A DNA stretch of 64,000 bases, from the NCBI GenBank assembly GCA_963702205.1, contig OY969724.1, positions 64,001 to 128,000 on the forward strand, given 5' to 3'. Under the pieces are notes generated by a model. That model saw only the letters and a list, made by a program, of their open reading frames with translations, was not told the origin of the DNA and did no database searches. Source of the DNA: an uncultured candidate division Zixibacteria bacterium. GTDB lineage: Bacteria; Zixibacteria; MSB-5A5; GN15; PGXB01. This document shows positions 10,607-21,954 of this stretch, piece after piece. The number at the start of each line of letters is the position of its first letter. The stretch's first letter is position 1. A program made the translations under genes and the position numbers.

Positions 10607-11248
10607 ATGACGAAGATAAAAGAATGGGCAGAAGCGCTTAATATAAATACACAGGATATTTTACCGCCTTCGAAAGACAATAATGGCACTTATGCACGTA
10701 CGGCAGGGGAGGTCGCGGCCCGTACAGTAATCCTGCATTCAATAGTCGCAGCCGGTTCGGGGGTCGATCGGGGCTCCATTTCCCAATGGCTTAAGGATCA
10801 AAACCTGTGGGAGCATGCATCTCCGCATGAACAGGCAACCCTCCTTTCGCCAAGGGTGCTCAAAGAGGACCGGTCCGAGTTGCAATGGTTTCAGGAGTCT
10901 CAATGGGCCCTGTTGTGGACGATTCAAAAGGTAAAAAGCCTTGGCCTGCCTGTAAAAAACTGTGATAGCATCAGGCTCGTTGATGATATTATGCCCGTTC
11001 TTGGCGGCGACATGGATCAGTTTATTTCCACTGCCGAATTCAGGCCGGCGGCTGAGATTAACGCGGAAATCGATCGTGTAAACAGGATCTACTATTACGC
11101 CAGGAAGGCAGTAGACAGGGACGAAATGCCTGAAGGCCTGATATACGGGGTTATGTATCACCGGTATTATGCTTTCAGGTGGCTGACCAGTGATGAGCCA
11201 TGGGATGATGTTGACATTGATGCGGATGATCTGAATTTTGAGATGTAA
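10607..11248 (+). CDS. DUF4272-like protein
   Basis: EVAAR..., W..ES.WALLW, C-terminal R.YAF.WL..EPWDDV. Confidence 0.7.
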   Translation: MTKIKEWAEALNINTQDILPPSKDNNGTYARTAGEVAARTVILHSIVAAGSGVDRGSISQWLKDQNLWEHASPHEQATLLSPRVLKEDRSELQWFQESQWALLWTIQKVKSLGLPVKNCDSIRLVDDIMPVLGGDMDQFISTAEFRPAAEINAEIDRVNRIYYYARKAVDRDEMPEGLIYGVMYHRYYAFRWLTSDEPWDDVDIDADDLNFEM

Positions 11249-11282
11249 CCGGCCCTTCGCAAGGCCCGGGTGGAAAACTATA

Positions 11283-13925
11283 TCAGTTATCAAGTACCTG
11301 TCTTACTGTTTCGGCTACTGTATACAATGCAAGCGGTTTCATAATGAACCTCGATATACCCATCTCCATTGCCTTTTTTTCATCTATCATTTCGCTGTAA
11401 CCTGTGCAGAGGATGATCGGCATTTCGGGTCTTAATGCCTTTATCTTCTTAGCCAGATCGTAACCGGTCATTTTCGGCATGGTCATATCCGTAATAAGCA
11501 GGTCAAATCCGGAAGGATCCTTTTCAAATGTTTCAAAAATCTCAACAGGGTCGGTTCCTGCAGTTACATCGTATCCCAGTCTTTCAAACAGATGTGTCAG
11601 CATGGCAGTAATACTTTCTTCATCATCCGTAATAAGTATTTTTTCATTGCCCCGAAAAAGGGTATGTGATGATTCCTTTTTCTTTTCAGGTTGTTCACTG
11701 ACAACAGGAAATACTATTCTTACGGCTGTTCCCTTTCCTGGAGTGCTTTCAACCCGGATCCTGCCATTGTGTTCTGTTACAATTCCATGAACAACGGCCA
11801 GCCCCATGCCGCTGCCTTCACCCACACCTTTTGTTGTGAAGTACGGATCAAAGATGCGCCCTATGATACCGGGTGATATGCCGTGGCCCGTATCACTCAC
11901 CATTACTTCAATGTAATCGCCTTCGGAAAGTTCGTAATATTTTATCAGGGATTTGTCCTTTGTACCGAACCCTGTAACTGTAATATCCAGTGTACCGCCG
12001 GTTTCGCGCATGGCATGCGAGGCATTTGCGCAGAGATTAAGCATTACCTGGCTTATCTGTGTTGAATCTCCTATTATGGTTTCATTCATGTCAGGCAGTT
12101 TTAAGGAAATAGATATGGTCGAAGGAATAGTGGACCTGACCAGCTTGACAGATTCACCTATGATTTTATTGATACTGATGGGTGAAAATTTCTTATCGCT
12201 TTTCCGGCTGAAAACCAGTATCTGCTCAACCATTTTTTTGGCCCTGAAACAGGCAACTCTTATCTCTTCAACATATTCATCAACGGGCTCCCCGTCATCA
12301 AGGGATATCTTCGTCAACTCGGCATTACCCAGTATTATTCCCAGTATATTATTAAAATCATGGGCTATACCTCCTGCCAGTGTTCCTATGGACTCCATCT
12401 TCTGTGCCTGATGGAGTTTTGATTCCAGGTTTTTACTTTCTGTAATGTCATAGAACGCACCCTGAAGGAAACCTGGGTTTCCGCTTCCCGGATTTACCAT
12501 CCGGCATATGTCCCTTATCCATCTTATTCCGCCTTCCTTCCGGAGAATCCTGTATTCATTGTCTATCACATATTTGCTGGCAGCCTTAAGTCTTGAAATA
12601 TCCTCCATGACAGCATCAAGATCTTCCGGATGGATAAGGTCCCTTAAGGTCATCTTTCCGGCAAGTATCTCTTCCTCTTCATATCCCGAGATATCTTTTA
12701 CATATCCGTGTATCAGCAGGAATTCAAATGTGTTTTTATCGGCCTGATACGCAAGTCCGACAAAGTTTTGCAGAAATTGACGATATTTTTCTTCACTCTC
12801 AAGGAGAGAGGTTTCGGCTATTCTTCTTGCCGTAATATCCCTGAAATACCACACCCTCCCCAGAGATTTTTTATCACCGATTGCCATCGGAGAAGAATAG
12901 CATTCAAAAATGCTTCCATCCGCAAGATCCATCTCCTGAAAACCTCTGCCGGCCGGATTATCGTCAAACTGCCTGATCAGGGTGAGCAGCACATCCGGAT
13001 TACGCATTTTTTCCTTTGCCTTATAAAGCGCGCAATTACCTGACCCCAGATGCATTATTTCATCAGACAGCCCCCACATGCTCATAAACCGCCTGTTATA
13101 TGTCAGGATATCATCTTTGTTATCTACAATTATGATCCCGTCAAGGGAGGTTTCCTGCTGTGTCGATAATATTGTATTCAGGGTTTCCAGCTCATGTGTA
13201 TATTCATTTATTTTACCTAAAAGCTCGGTAAGCTTCATATCAACGAGGCGTATTTCACTGCTGACCATTTTGCCTCGACGTGCAACCGGTACTATTTCCT
13301 TGATATTACCTGCCGTTAATGATTCTGCGAGGAGATTGAGCGGTTTAAGCAGGAACAGCAGTATCAGCCAGCCTGCAAACAGCAGGGCTATGGTCCCCAG
13401 TGTAGCCAGTATAAAACTATTTTTTACTTTTTTTTCCAAATGCTGGAAGGAATATTTACTGCAGTGAAACCGGGCGATTCCTATCAGCTCTTTTGTCCGG
13501 GTTGAAAAAAGCGGTATTTCCACGTTATAAAAATCATCTTTTTCATTATCAACCTTTGTTTCCTGCCATCTGCTTATGTCAAGAGAACCGTCAGGAACGT
13601 CTAACGCGTCATAATCCATGATAAGTTCAACACCTGAGACAAAGGGAGTATCGGTTTTCGGATCCTTGAGCAGGAACAGGCTGTCAATTTCCTTTATTAC
13701 ACTATCTTTATTGAGTGATTTTTCTGACAGCAGGTTTGCAATGGAATTGCTCTGTGTCTGGGCAAGCGCCATTATATTTGACTTTATATCGGATTCGATG
13801 TGCGGACGCATAAAGAAAATCCAGTAGAAAACGATAGCCCCCTCTATGATAAATGCCAGCAGCACAAACATTAACGTGATCCGGCCTTTGAGGGAAGATG
13901 TGTATTTAAAAAATTTATTGTTCAT
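11283..13925 (-). CDS. Membrane-bound PAS hybrid sensor histidine kinase / response regulator
   Basis: Two TM helices, PAS domains, H-box AGGIAHDFNNIL, HATPase (NA, DTG.G, F.PYFTTK, GMGL), C-terminal receiver. Confidence 0.93.
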   Translation of the reverse strand: MNNKFFKYTSSLKGRITLMFVLLAFIIEGAIVFYWIFFMRPHIESDIKSNIMALAQTQSNSIANLLSEKSLNKDSVIKEIDSLFLLKDPKTDTPFVSGVELIMDYDALDVPDGSLDISRWQETKVDNEKDDFYNVEIPLFSTRTKELIGIARFHCSKYSFQHLEKKVKNSFILATLGTIALLFAGWLILLFLLKPLNLLAESLTAGNIKEIVPVARRGKMVSSEIRLVDMKLTELLGKINEYTHELETLNTILSTQQETSLDGIIIVDNKDDILTYNRRFMSMWGLSDEIMHLGSGNCALYKAKEKMRNPDVLLTLIRQFDDNPAGRGFQEMDLADGSIFECYSSPMAIGDKKSLGRVWYFRDITARRIAETSLLESEEKYRQFLQNFVGLAYQADKNTFEFLLIHGYVKDISGYEEEEILAGKMTLRDLIHPEDLDAVMEDISRLKAASKYVIDNEYRILRKEGGIRWIRDICRMVNPGSGNPGFLQGAFYDITESKNLESKLHQAQKMESIGTLAGGIAHDFNNILGIILGNAELTKISLDDGEPVDEYVEEIRVACFRAKKMVEQILVFSRKSDKKFSPISINKIIGESVKLVRSTIPSTISISLKLPDMNETIIGDSTQISQVMLNLCANASHAMRETGGTLDITVTGFGTKDKSLIKYYELSEGDYIEVMVSDTGHGISPGIIGRIFDPYFTTKGVGEGSGMGLAVVHGIVTEHNGRIRVESTPGKGTAVRIVFPVVSEQPEKKKESSHTLFRGNEKILITDDEESITAMLTHLFERLGYDVTAGTDPVEIFETFEKDPSGFDLLITDMTMPKMTGYDLAKKIKALRPEMPIILCTGYSEMIDEKKAMEMGISRFIMKPLALYTVAETVRQVLDN

Positions 13926-14505
13926 AGACAACCGATACCCTCATGAAGAATTGCTTGATTTGTATGCCGGAGGATTTCATGGATGCCATGTTTATAAAGG
14001 GAAGGACCCTGTCACTTATATATAGTCCTCCCATAACGCCCTTTTCAACATCACCATTGAAAGGCGAAAAAAGGATGATGTGGTTATCTATTGCGTATTT
14101 AACAACATCGTTTAATTCATTTCCGAGAGGCTGTGTTATAAAAATGCCTGCGGGAGGATCTTCACTTAAGGAACTCATGTTAAGTTCGTTTGATATATCC
14201 ACGCGGATCGGTATCCCCCGGATCTTCTTCAGCCTCGTGAGTGTCCGGGACATCTCAAGTGCCTGGAATTTGTTATCAGTATATATAAGCACTAACCTGA
14301 GAAATCCGTCGCGTCCCTGTTTCTTTGTTATCTCCAGATCGGCAGTCAAAAGGCTGGGAAACAGATCAAGACCAGCCTTCAACCTGAGTTCATCCCGGTC
14401 AACCGCAGCGGAGGTATTGCACAACAGCAGTATTACTGCAATATCCATCAGGATAATGCTGAGGACAGATGATATTGTTCTTTTATTTTTTAAAAACTTC
14501 TTCAT
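13915..14505 (-). CDS. YfiR/DUF4154-like periplasmic signalling protein
   Basis: Signal peptide, ELRLKAG, C-terminal FIN...MKSSGIQI; lies between the TonB receptor and the kinase. Confidence 0.65.
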   Translation of the reverse strand: MKKFLKNKRTISSVLSIILMDIAVILLLCNTSAAVDRDELRLKAGLDLFPSLLTADLEITKKQGRDGFLRLVLIYTDNKFQALEMSRTLTRLKKIRGIPIRVDISNELNMSSLSEDPPAGIFITQPLGNELNDVVKYAIDNHIILFSPFNGDVEKGVMGGLYISDRVLPFINMASMKSSGIQIKQFFMRVSVVYEQ

Positions 14506-14519
14506 TTAATGGTCAATCG

Positions 14520-16634
14520 TTAGAAATCATAGCTGAATTTAGCCCACCACTCTCTTCCCGGCCCTGGATAGTCTTCGGGGTACAGGTTCGCCGGTGATGC
14601 ATAGTAGACTTTTTCATCAAGGATATTTTTGATGCCGGCCCTCAGGGTCAAGCCTTCCGTGAAAACGTTATACAGGCTGATTGTCGTATCCACTGTGTTA
14701 TAGGCTGATAATTTATCTCTTGTATCGATAACCTCCCTGTTGCGCTTTCCTACATAACCATACTGTACATTGACGGCCATGTCCCTGTTCGGCTCATATA
14801 TTATCCCCAGGTCTCCCAGCCATTCTGCTACATCTGGGATGGAGTCGCCCGTAAGGCTGTTTCTCGAATGAGAATATGAAAGATTACCGTCCAGCTTGAG
14901 CCTTGCTGTCAACTCGTATTCCATCTCTATTTCAGCACCGGAAATCTTTGTCGAACCCGTATTGGAGTAAGTCCCTTCTCCTGCACTTATCAGATCATCA
15001 AGGCTTGAATAAAAAAGGGTTATCTTACCCATCCTATAATCGTCACGGTAGAGATAGCTTAGTTCAAAAGTGTCCGTGATCTCGGGTTCGATCGCCGGAT
15101 TTCCGATCAGGTACGGATTATTCTTTGAATACAACTGGTTGAATGTAGGCGGGCAAAAGGCCCTGGCATACTGTGTCTTGAGTATATGGTTCCGGGTAAT
15201 CCGCCACACGGCGGCAATCCTCGGGGACAGCTCTGCCCCCACATCGCTGTAATGGTCGTACCTGAGACCTGCCGTGACGGTGACGGACTCACTGACATTA
15301 ATCTCATCCTGCAGGGTAAAATTAATGAGTTTCCTTTCCACGCCTTCATCCAGCCAGTTTTCATCGCCGGTGTATCTGGCTACATAGTCTGCAGGCGCAC
15401 TCGTAGAAGGGATATAATTTGTTTCATGCCATACATCATCTATTTCGGTTTGTGCAAAGGCCACCCCGAAGTTAACTAAATGCCTGCTCCATCCGGAATA
15501 TACAAGATCCAGCCCCCCGTCAAACCTGTTTTCCTGATAAAAAGGACTGGCCGCCATCCCGTTCGTGTATATGCCTGCGAAACCGGGGGGCTGCTGAAAA
15601 ACCAGGGCAGAACTGAACTGATGCTGAAAAAATCCCAGGTTATAATCAAACTTAAGGCCGCCTGACGCATCAATCTCCTGTTTTATCTGTCCGCCATAGT
15701 TCTTGAACCTGAATGCAATATTATTATGGGGCGGCGGAAGAGACCCGAGAAACCCGAAATAATCTCCCTGCCCCTCATCCAGATAGTATCCTGTGAAGGT
15801 AAATTTCTTCAGGGAAAACTCCATCACCGCGTTACTCACGTCCCTGGCTTCGTCAGCCGGACCGGGCGCATTGGATATGGAGCCCATGCCCAGGCCGTAG
15901 AGTTGATCCGGGCCTGTTATGACATTTGCTCCGTCTGTCTTGAAACCAGCGACATTAAGACTGAAATTTATTTCACGTTCGGGATCAGAGATTGAATACA
16001 GGACGCTTCCTCTATATGACGCATTCTGACCCAATCCCCCGCTGACCTCACTGCCTTTATTCCGGGTAATTACGTTTACAACACCGGTACTGGCAAATTC
16101 ACCATGAATAGCCGAACCGGGACCTCTTATTATTTCGATCCTGTCTATCTGCTCCACGGGCATGTCCAGGATAGGATAGGCCTTGCCCCACAGGGCAGAA
16201 TTCATGGATATCCCGTTCAACTCGAATTTCAGGTTGCCCGACGAGACAGTATTGCCTATTCCCCTTACAAGAACGTGCCGCAGGCCCATATTGTTGATGC
16301 CAATATCCATACCGGGGACAAGTTTAAGTGCTTCCCATACATTTGTAATACCGCGCACCTCAAGATCTTCACCGTGCAAAACAGTGACCATGCCCGGAAC
16401 AAAATCAACATTGAGCTTTGTCTTTGTGGCTATTTCTGTGTATTTGTCAATTATCTGAATGAGGTGCGCAAGATCCTCTTCATCTTCCGGATCTGCCGTC
16501 TGGTCTGCCGAAATTTCATTTTCTACACCCTTATTTATCAGTGTGTCCGAATAAGAAGGAGAATACCGGGCTATGAGGATAAGCAGAAAAACGATGCAGC
16601 TTATAACATGACTGACCGGCGTTCGTTTTCTCAT
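14520..16634 (-). CDS. TonB-dependent receptor
   Basis: Plug motif IDRIEIIRGPGSAIHG...GVVNVIT, GNPAIEPE, C-terminal aromatic YDF; GGAGG RBS before ATG 16634. Confidence 0.93.
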   Translation of the reverse strand: MRKRTPVSHVISCIVFLLILIARYSPSYSDTLINKGVENEISADQTADPEDEEDLAHLIQIIDKYTEIATKTKLNVDFVPGMVTVLHGEDLEVRGITNVWEALKLVPGMDIGINNMGLRHVLVRGIGNTVSSGNLKFELNGISMNSALWGKAYPILDMPVEQIDRIEIIRGPGSAIHGEFASTGVVNVITRNKGSEVSGGLGQNASYRGSVLYSISDPEREINFSLNVAGFKTDGANVITGPDQLYGLGMGSISNAPGPADEARDVSNAVMEFSLKKFTFTGYYLDEGQGDYFGFLGSLPPPHNNIAFRFKNYGGQIKQEIDASGGLKFDYNLGFFQHQFSSALVFQQPPGFAGIYTNGMAASPFYQENRFDGGLDLVYSGWSRHLVNFGVAFAQTEIDDVWHETNYIPSTSAPADYVARYTGDENWLDEGVERKLINFTLQDEINVSESVTVTAGLRYDHYSDVGAELSPRIAAVWRITRNHILKTQYARAFCPPTFNQLYSKNNPYLIGNPAIEPEITDTFELSYLYRDDYRMGKITLFYSSLDDLISAGEGTYSNTGSTKISGAEIEMEYELTARLKLDGNLSYSHSRNSLTGDSIPDVAEWLGDLGIIYEPNRDMAVNVQYGYVGKRNREVIDTRDKLSAYNTVDTTISLYNVFTEGLTLRAGIKNILDEKVYYASPANLYPEDYPGPGREWWAKFSYDF

Positions 16635-16916
16635 TTGAATTCCTCCATATTTTCTGACTGCATATGCCAAAAAACAGGATATACCGTCAGAACTGGTAAA
16701 CGGAACTTCAACAGATGCAAACCGCCCAAAAAAGGTTGCACGGTTAACTACTTGATATAAGGCCTGAAATCCATATAAGATAAACAAAGGGGATCACTGG
16801 GCCTGCAAATGTTTATTGGCAATGCAACAATTTGAATCAAATATCAATAAATATGCAATATCCAGACCAGTAATCCTGTTGAAATGCCCCCGTTTTTTCA
16901 GGCGGGGGCGGTATTC

Positions 16917-19172
16917 CTAGAGAAGTTTTCGGAAGGGGTTGTTGAAGGGCTCGGGCCTTTTCTTCTCAGGGCGTTTTCTGTCATTTTTTCGGGGGGCGGT
17001 TTTTTTTATGCCGCGGTCGGAATCGATATTCTGTTCAGGATTTTCCTTCATGGACAGGGATATCCTCTTCCTTTCCAGATCAACCTCGATGACAGTGACC
17101 CTGACCCGCTGATTGACCTTTACCACAGTATTGGGGTCCTTTACAAAACGGTCGGCAAGCTGGCTTACGTGCACGAGTCCATCCTGGTGGACACCTATGT
17201 CAACGAAGGCGCCAAAGGCGGTTACATTGGTAACAATCCCAGGAAGCCTCATGCCGGGCTTTACGTCTTCTATTTTTTCCACACCGTCCGTGAACTTGAA
17301 CAGTTCAAACTGTTTTCTGGGGTCCCTGCCCGGTTTGGCAAGCTCGTCCATAATATCTGTCAGCGTAGGCATACCTATTGTATCAGTGACATATCCGGAA
17401 AGATCGATCTTCTTTCTTATCTCCTCTTTACTTATGAGTTCGCCTATGGAGCAGTCCATATCAACAGCCATCGATTCCACAATATGGTATGCCTCGGGGT
17501 GCACTGCGCTCGCGTCCAGGGGATTCAGGCCGTTCCTTATCCTCAAAAAGCCTGCAGCCTGCTCAAAGGCCTTGGGCCCCAGCCTCGGCACATTTTTAAG
17601 GTCATCACGGCTCGCGAGCGGCCCTTTTTCATTCCTGTACTTTATAATATTTTTTGCAAGCTGAGGTCCCAGACCCGACACATATGCAAGGAGCTGTTCA
17701 CTCGCCGTATTTACCTCGACGCCGACCCTGTTTACGCAGCTTATTACAACATCGTCAAGCCCCTCCTTGAGGGCCTGCTGGTTTACGTCATGCTGATACT
17801 GGCCTACACCGATGGACTTGGGGTCTATCTTTACAAGCTCTGCCAGGGGGTCCATGAGTCTCCGGCCTATTGAGACAGATCCCCTGTAGGAGATATCCAG
17901 GTCAGGAAATTCCTGGCGCGCCACCTCGGATGCGGAATAAACCGATGCGCCGCTTTCGTTTACCATGGAGACGATTATTTCCGAGGGAAGTCCAAGGGTC
18001 CTTACAAAGGCCTCTGTCTCTCTTCCGGCAGTCCCGTTGCCTATGGCAATGGCCTCTACCTCATATCTCGCGCAAAGTGCCCTTACGATGTTCTCCGCAC
18101 TTGAAAGGGCTTCATTGGAGCCGAAGGGAAAGATGGTTTCATGGCATAGGAGCTGACCCTGGGCGTCCATGCAAACCACCTTGCAGCCAGTCCTTATTCC
18201 CGGGTCAATGGCCATTACCCTTTTCTGTCCCAGAAACGGCGCCAGCAGCAGTTCCCTCAGATTGTTCGAAAAAACCGAAATCGCGGTTTCATCCGCCTTT
18301 TTCTTTGTTTCCAGCCTTACCTCGGTTTCCATGGACATGGACAAAAGACGCCTGTAGCAGTCGTGTGCTGCCTCAAGGACCTGTTGCGAGGCAGGGCCTT
18401 CCCCCTTTACAAAGAGCCCCTCGATGATCCTGAGCGCGTCATCCTGCGGGGGGGTCACCTTCATGGTGATAAATCCTTCCTTCTCGCCCCTTCTCATGGC
18501 GAGTACCCTGTGGGACGGTGCGTCGGTTACAGGTTCCGACCACTCGAAATAATCCTTGTACTTGGCTCCTTCGGTCTCCTTCCCCTTGATGATGTTTGAC
18601 TGGAACACGCTCTTTTTCATGAAAAAGGCCCTCATGGCCTCCCTTGCCGCCTGATCCTCATTTATTTTTTCGGCTATAATATCCCTTGCCCCGGATAATG
18701 CATCTTCAATGGATTCAACGCCCTTTTCCGCATCGATATATTTTTCCGCCTCAATAGCAGGGTCTGTCCCGGCGAGCTGTTCCCATATGATGTCCGCCAG
18801 GGGTTCAAGGCCCTTTTCCTTTGCCATGGTCGCCTTGGTCCTTCTTTTGGGCTTAAATGGAAGATATATGTCTTCAAGTTCGGACATTGTCTGTGCCTTG
18901 ACTACCTTGTCTTCCAGCTCGGGCGTCAAAAGCTCCCTTTCCTTAAGGGACTCGAGTATGCTCTCCCTTCGTTTGTCCAGTTCCTTTAACTGCTCCAGCC
19001 TGTCCCTTATATTTATTATGGCGACTTCGTCCAGGGTGCCTGTCGCCTCTTTCCTGTACCTGGCAATAAAGGGCACTGTGGCCCCGTCTTCCAGAAGCCT
19101 GGCAACGGCATCTATCTGCTGTAATTTAAGACCAAGTTCCTCTGCAATCTTCATCCCATGTTCAATGCTCAT
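16917..19172 (-). CDS. tex: Tex transcription accessory protein (S1 domain)
   Basis: GATVPFIARYRKEATG, DPGIRTGCK, SIGVGQYQHDV, S1 FGAFVDIGVHQDGLVHVS. Confidence 0.96.
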   Translation of the reverse strand: MSIEHGMKIAEELGLKLQQIDAVARLLEDGATVPFIARYRKEATGTLDEVAIINIRDRLEQLKELDKRRESILESLKERELLTPELEDKVVKAQTMSELEDIYLPFKPKRRTKATMAKEKGLEPLADIIWEQLAGTDPAIEAEKYIDAEKGVESIEDALSGARDIIAEKINEDQAAREAMRAFFMKKSVFQSNIIKGKETEGAKYKDYFEWSEPVTDAPSHRVLAMRRGEKEGFITMKVTPPQDDALRIIEGLFVKGEGPASQQVLEAAHDCYRRLLSMSMETEVRLETKKKADETAISVFSNNLRELLLAPFLGQKRVMAIDPGIRTGCKVVCMDAQGQLLCHETIFPFGSNEALSSAENIVRALCARYEVEAIAIGNGTAGRETEAFVRTLGLPSEIIVSMVNESGASVYSASEVARQEFPDLDISYRGSVSIGRRLMDPLAELVKIDPKSIGVGQYQHDVNQQALKEGLDDVVISCVNRVGVEVNTASEQLLAYVSGLGPQLAKNIIKYRNEKGPLASRDDLKNVPRLGPKAFEQAAGFLRIRNGLNPLDASAVHPEAYHIVESMAVDMDCSIGELISKEEIRKKIDLSGYVTDTIGMPTLTDIMDELAKPGRDPRKQFELFKFTDGVEKIEDVKPGMRLPGIVTNVTAFGAFVDIGVHQDGLVHVSQLADRFVKDPNTVVKVNQRVRVTVIEVDLERKRISLSMKENPEQNIDSDRGIKKTAPRKNDRKRPEKKRPEPFNNPFRKLL

Positions 19173-19183
19173 TCTTTCCCCTT

Positions 19184-20774
19184 TTAAGAATCATATTCTA
19201 TTGTCTTGTCAAATACTACGTCCGGATAATCTTTCATTGCCTTTTCAAGGTGCCATTCACTCGGGGCAAGGAAGGTCAATTGTCCTTCGGCGTTCAAAGC
19301 CAGGTTGCGTGAATTGTCATGTTCAAATCGCTTCATCTGTGCGGGATTATCCGAGCTTACCCATCTTGCGGTAACAAACCTTGATGGCTCGTAAACGGTT
19401 TCGGCGCCATACTCACTAAGGAGGCGCGCGGAAGTGACCTCAAACTGGAGCACCCCGACAGCGCCAAGGATATATTCGCTGCTGTTGACCGGCCTGAATA
19501 CCTGTATTGCTCCCTCTTCGGCCAGGTGCAGCAGGCCCTTTGCAAGCTGCTTTGTCTTCATGGGGTTTTTAATCCTGATCACCCTGAAGTGCTGGGGCGC
19601 AAAACTGGGGATACCTGTAAACCTCAGGGGCTCTTTTTCCGTGAATGTATCCCCTATCTTTATGGTGCCGTGATTGTGTATGCCTATGATATCACCGGGA
19701 TAGGCCTCTTCGACATTTTCCCTGTCCTGGGCCATGAGGATAGTGGCGTTGCCCAGGGAAATCTCTCTTCCTATCCTGTGATGCATGGCCTTCATTCCCC
19801 TGGTGAATTTCCCCGAACATACCCGCAGGAATGCTATCCTGTCTCGATGGGCCGGGTCCATGTTTGCCTGAATCTTGAATACAAACCCCGAAAATGCCTC
19901 CTCATAGGGAGAAACCTCTCTTGTGGCGGTCATCCGCGGGTAGGGCGGCGGTGCCATTTCAACAAAGGCGTTCAACAGCTCTCTGACGCCAAAGTTATTG
20001 ATAGCGCTCCCGAAAAAAAACAGGTGTCTGGGAACCGATCAGGTAGTGCTGGAGTTCAAACGGGTTGGCAGCGCCTTCAAGCAGTTCCACATCCTCACGG
20101 ACCTGCCTTGCCTGGCTTCCAAGCAGTTCATCGATCCGGGTGTCTCCAAGATCCTTTATGGTTATGCCGTCTGTCAAACGGGTTACACCGCCGGCCTTAA
20201 AAAGATGCAGTTCCTTTTTATAGAGATTATATACCCCCCTGAAGGATTTGCCCATGCCTATGGGCCATGAAAGAGGTGTGCATTCCACCTGGAGCTTGTC
20301 TTCTATATCGGCCATGATATTGAGCGGATACATGCCGTCCCTGTCGAGCTTGTTGATAAAGGTCATGATGGGGGTATTGCGCATGCGGCATACCTCCATG
20401 AGTTTTTCGGTCTGGGGTTCAACACCCTTTGCGCTGTCTATGACCATCATGGCGCTGTCAACAGCAGTCAACACCCTGTAGGTATCCTCTGAAAAGTCCT
20501 GGTGCCCGGGGGTATCAAGGAGATTGATCTCAAAATCCCTGTAACAGAACTTCATGGCCGAGGCAGTCACTGAAATACCTCTTTCCTGCTCTATGGCCAT
20601 CCAGTCGCTGGTGGCATGCCTCGCCGCCTTTCTGGCCTTTACCGCGCCTGCCTGCTGTATTGCGCCGCCAAAAAGGAGGAGCTTTTCAGTCAGTGTTGTT
20701 TTGCCGGCGTCCGGGTGACTGATAATCCCGAAATTTCTCCGCCGGTCCACCTCTTTTTTATGCTGCTTGTTCAA
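19184..20774 (-). CDS. prfC: Peptide chain release factor 3 (frameshift at about 20013)
   Basis: [41 protein letters not shown]; removing one base from the A8 run at 20013-20020 restores [13 protein letters not shown]. Confidence 0.95.
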
Positions 20775-21082
20775 AATAAAATCCTCTTTTATCCATTATA
20801 TAAAAAACCGGACTCAAAGGTGCCCGGTTTTTAAAGCCGGGTTATTATATTCATATATGAGAAAAGGTCAATGGAAGGTTGATAATTTAGGGAAAAGCGG
20901 AGCTGGCGGATCAGTTCCCAAGTAAAATATTGACTTTCTCTTTCATTTGTTGCAGTTTATAATCTGTGTGTTAAGTAATGTTGACTTGAAAAATTCTCTG
21001 TCATCTTGTGAGGCAGGGCAGGGAGCATAAGAACTCCCCTCCCCTTTGTGGGAGGGGCTGGGGGAGGGGGGAAAGAAAATAA

Positions 21083-21739
21083 ATGCCTGACCTGGACTTT
21101 AACATCTTCTGCAAACGGGCCTTTGAAGCGCTTAAGATCGACTCACAGATAGATCTTGCATCTGCCATGGACCTTAACCGCTCTGCCATTACACAGGCAA
21201 AGAAGAAAGGCATCGTGCCTGACAAATGGCTTCTTATCCTGTTTTCAAGGCATGGCGTCAATCCTGACTGGATGGAGACAGGCAAAGGTCCTGTATTTCT
21301 AAAAATAAAAGAAACCGGAGCAACACAGCCTGAATTCATGGCCATAACCAAGGTCAAGGCAAGGCTCTGCGCAGGAGACGGGTCATTTGAAACTGATGAG
21401 GGAGTAAACAACAGATATCTCTTTCAGAGCGAATGGCTCAAAAGGAAGGGACAGCCGGACAGGATGGTGTTAATGGAGGTGTTCGGCAACAGCATGGAAC
21501 CGGGACTCAAGTCAGGGGATACTGTGCTTGTTGACTGTTCCCAGAACGATATAATACCAGGGCTAATATATGCGGTAGGCATAGATGACACAATAATGAT
21601 AAAACGCATAGAAAAACATCCCGGTAAAATACTTTTAAGGAGTGATAACAGGGAGTACGAACCGGTAGTTGTTGAGGGTGAAAACATCAACAGCATGCGA
21701 ATTATAGGCCGGATAATCTGGACCTGCCGTACCCTTTAA
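21083..21739 (+). CDS. CI/LexA-like repressor (HTH plus S24 peptidase)
   Basis: N-terminal HTH, A-G cleavage site (LCAGDG), catalytic GNSMEP and IKR. Confidence 0.9.
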   Translation: MPDLDFNIFCKRAFEALKIDSQIDLASAMDLNRSAITQAKKKGIVPDKWLLILFSRHGVNPDWMETGKGPVFLKIKETGATQPEFMAITKVKARLCAGDGSFETDEGVNNRYLFQSEWLKRKGQPDRMVLMEVFGNSMEPGLKSGDTVLVDCSQNDIIPGLIYAVGIDDTIMIKRIEKHPGKILLRSDNREYEPVVVEGENINSMRIIGRIIWTCRTL

Positions 21740-21910
21740 CTATCTAATTATATTTGTCATTCCAAGGCCTGCCCTGTTAAATTTCCCGGAGGGAACCCTG
21801 TTTAACAGGGCGAGTCGAAGATCCAGATGCTGTTTTCGGGGATCGTGGGATCCATAGTCTTTTCATTGGGTAGGGATTTATTCCTGACCGGTATTTTGTA
21901 TTATATATAT

Positions 21911-21940
21911 TGTAGAGACAAGGCATGCCTTGTCTCTACA
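21911..21940. repeat. GTAG-type REP palindrome
   Basis: Perfect 30-bp palindrome TGTAGAGACAAGGCA/TGCCTTGTCTCTACA. Confidence 0.8.
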
Positions 21941-21954
21941 CGGCGGGGTATAAT

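Noticed and set aside
16635..16880. Cobalamin riboswitch upstream of the TonB receptor
   Set aside because: I could not find the GGGAA or GCCACTG B12-box elements on the minus strand; an Rfam scan would settle it.
16884..20200. Long + strand ORFs such as 16884-17873, 18709-19374 and 19526-20200
   Set aside because: Antisense shadows of tex and prfC with no recognisable motifs.
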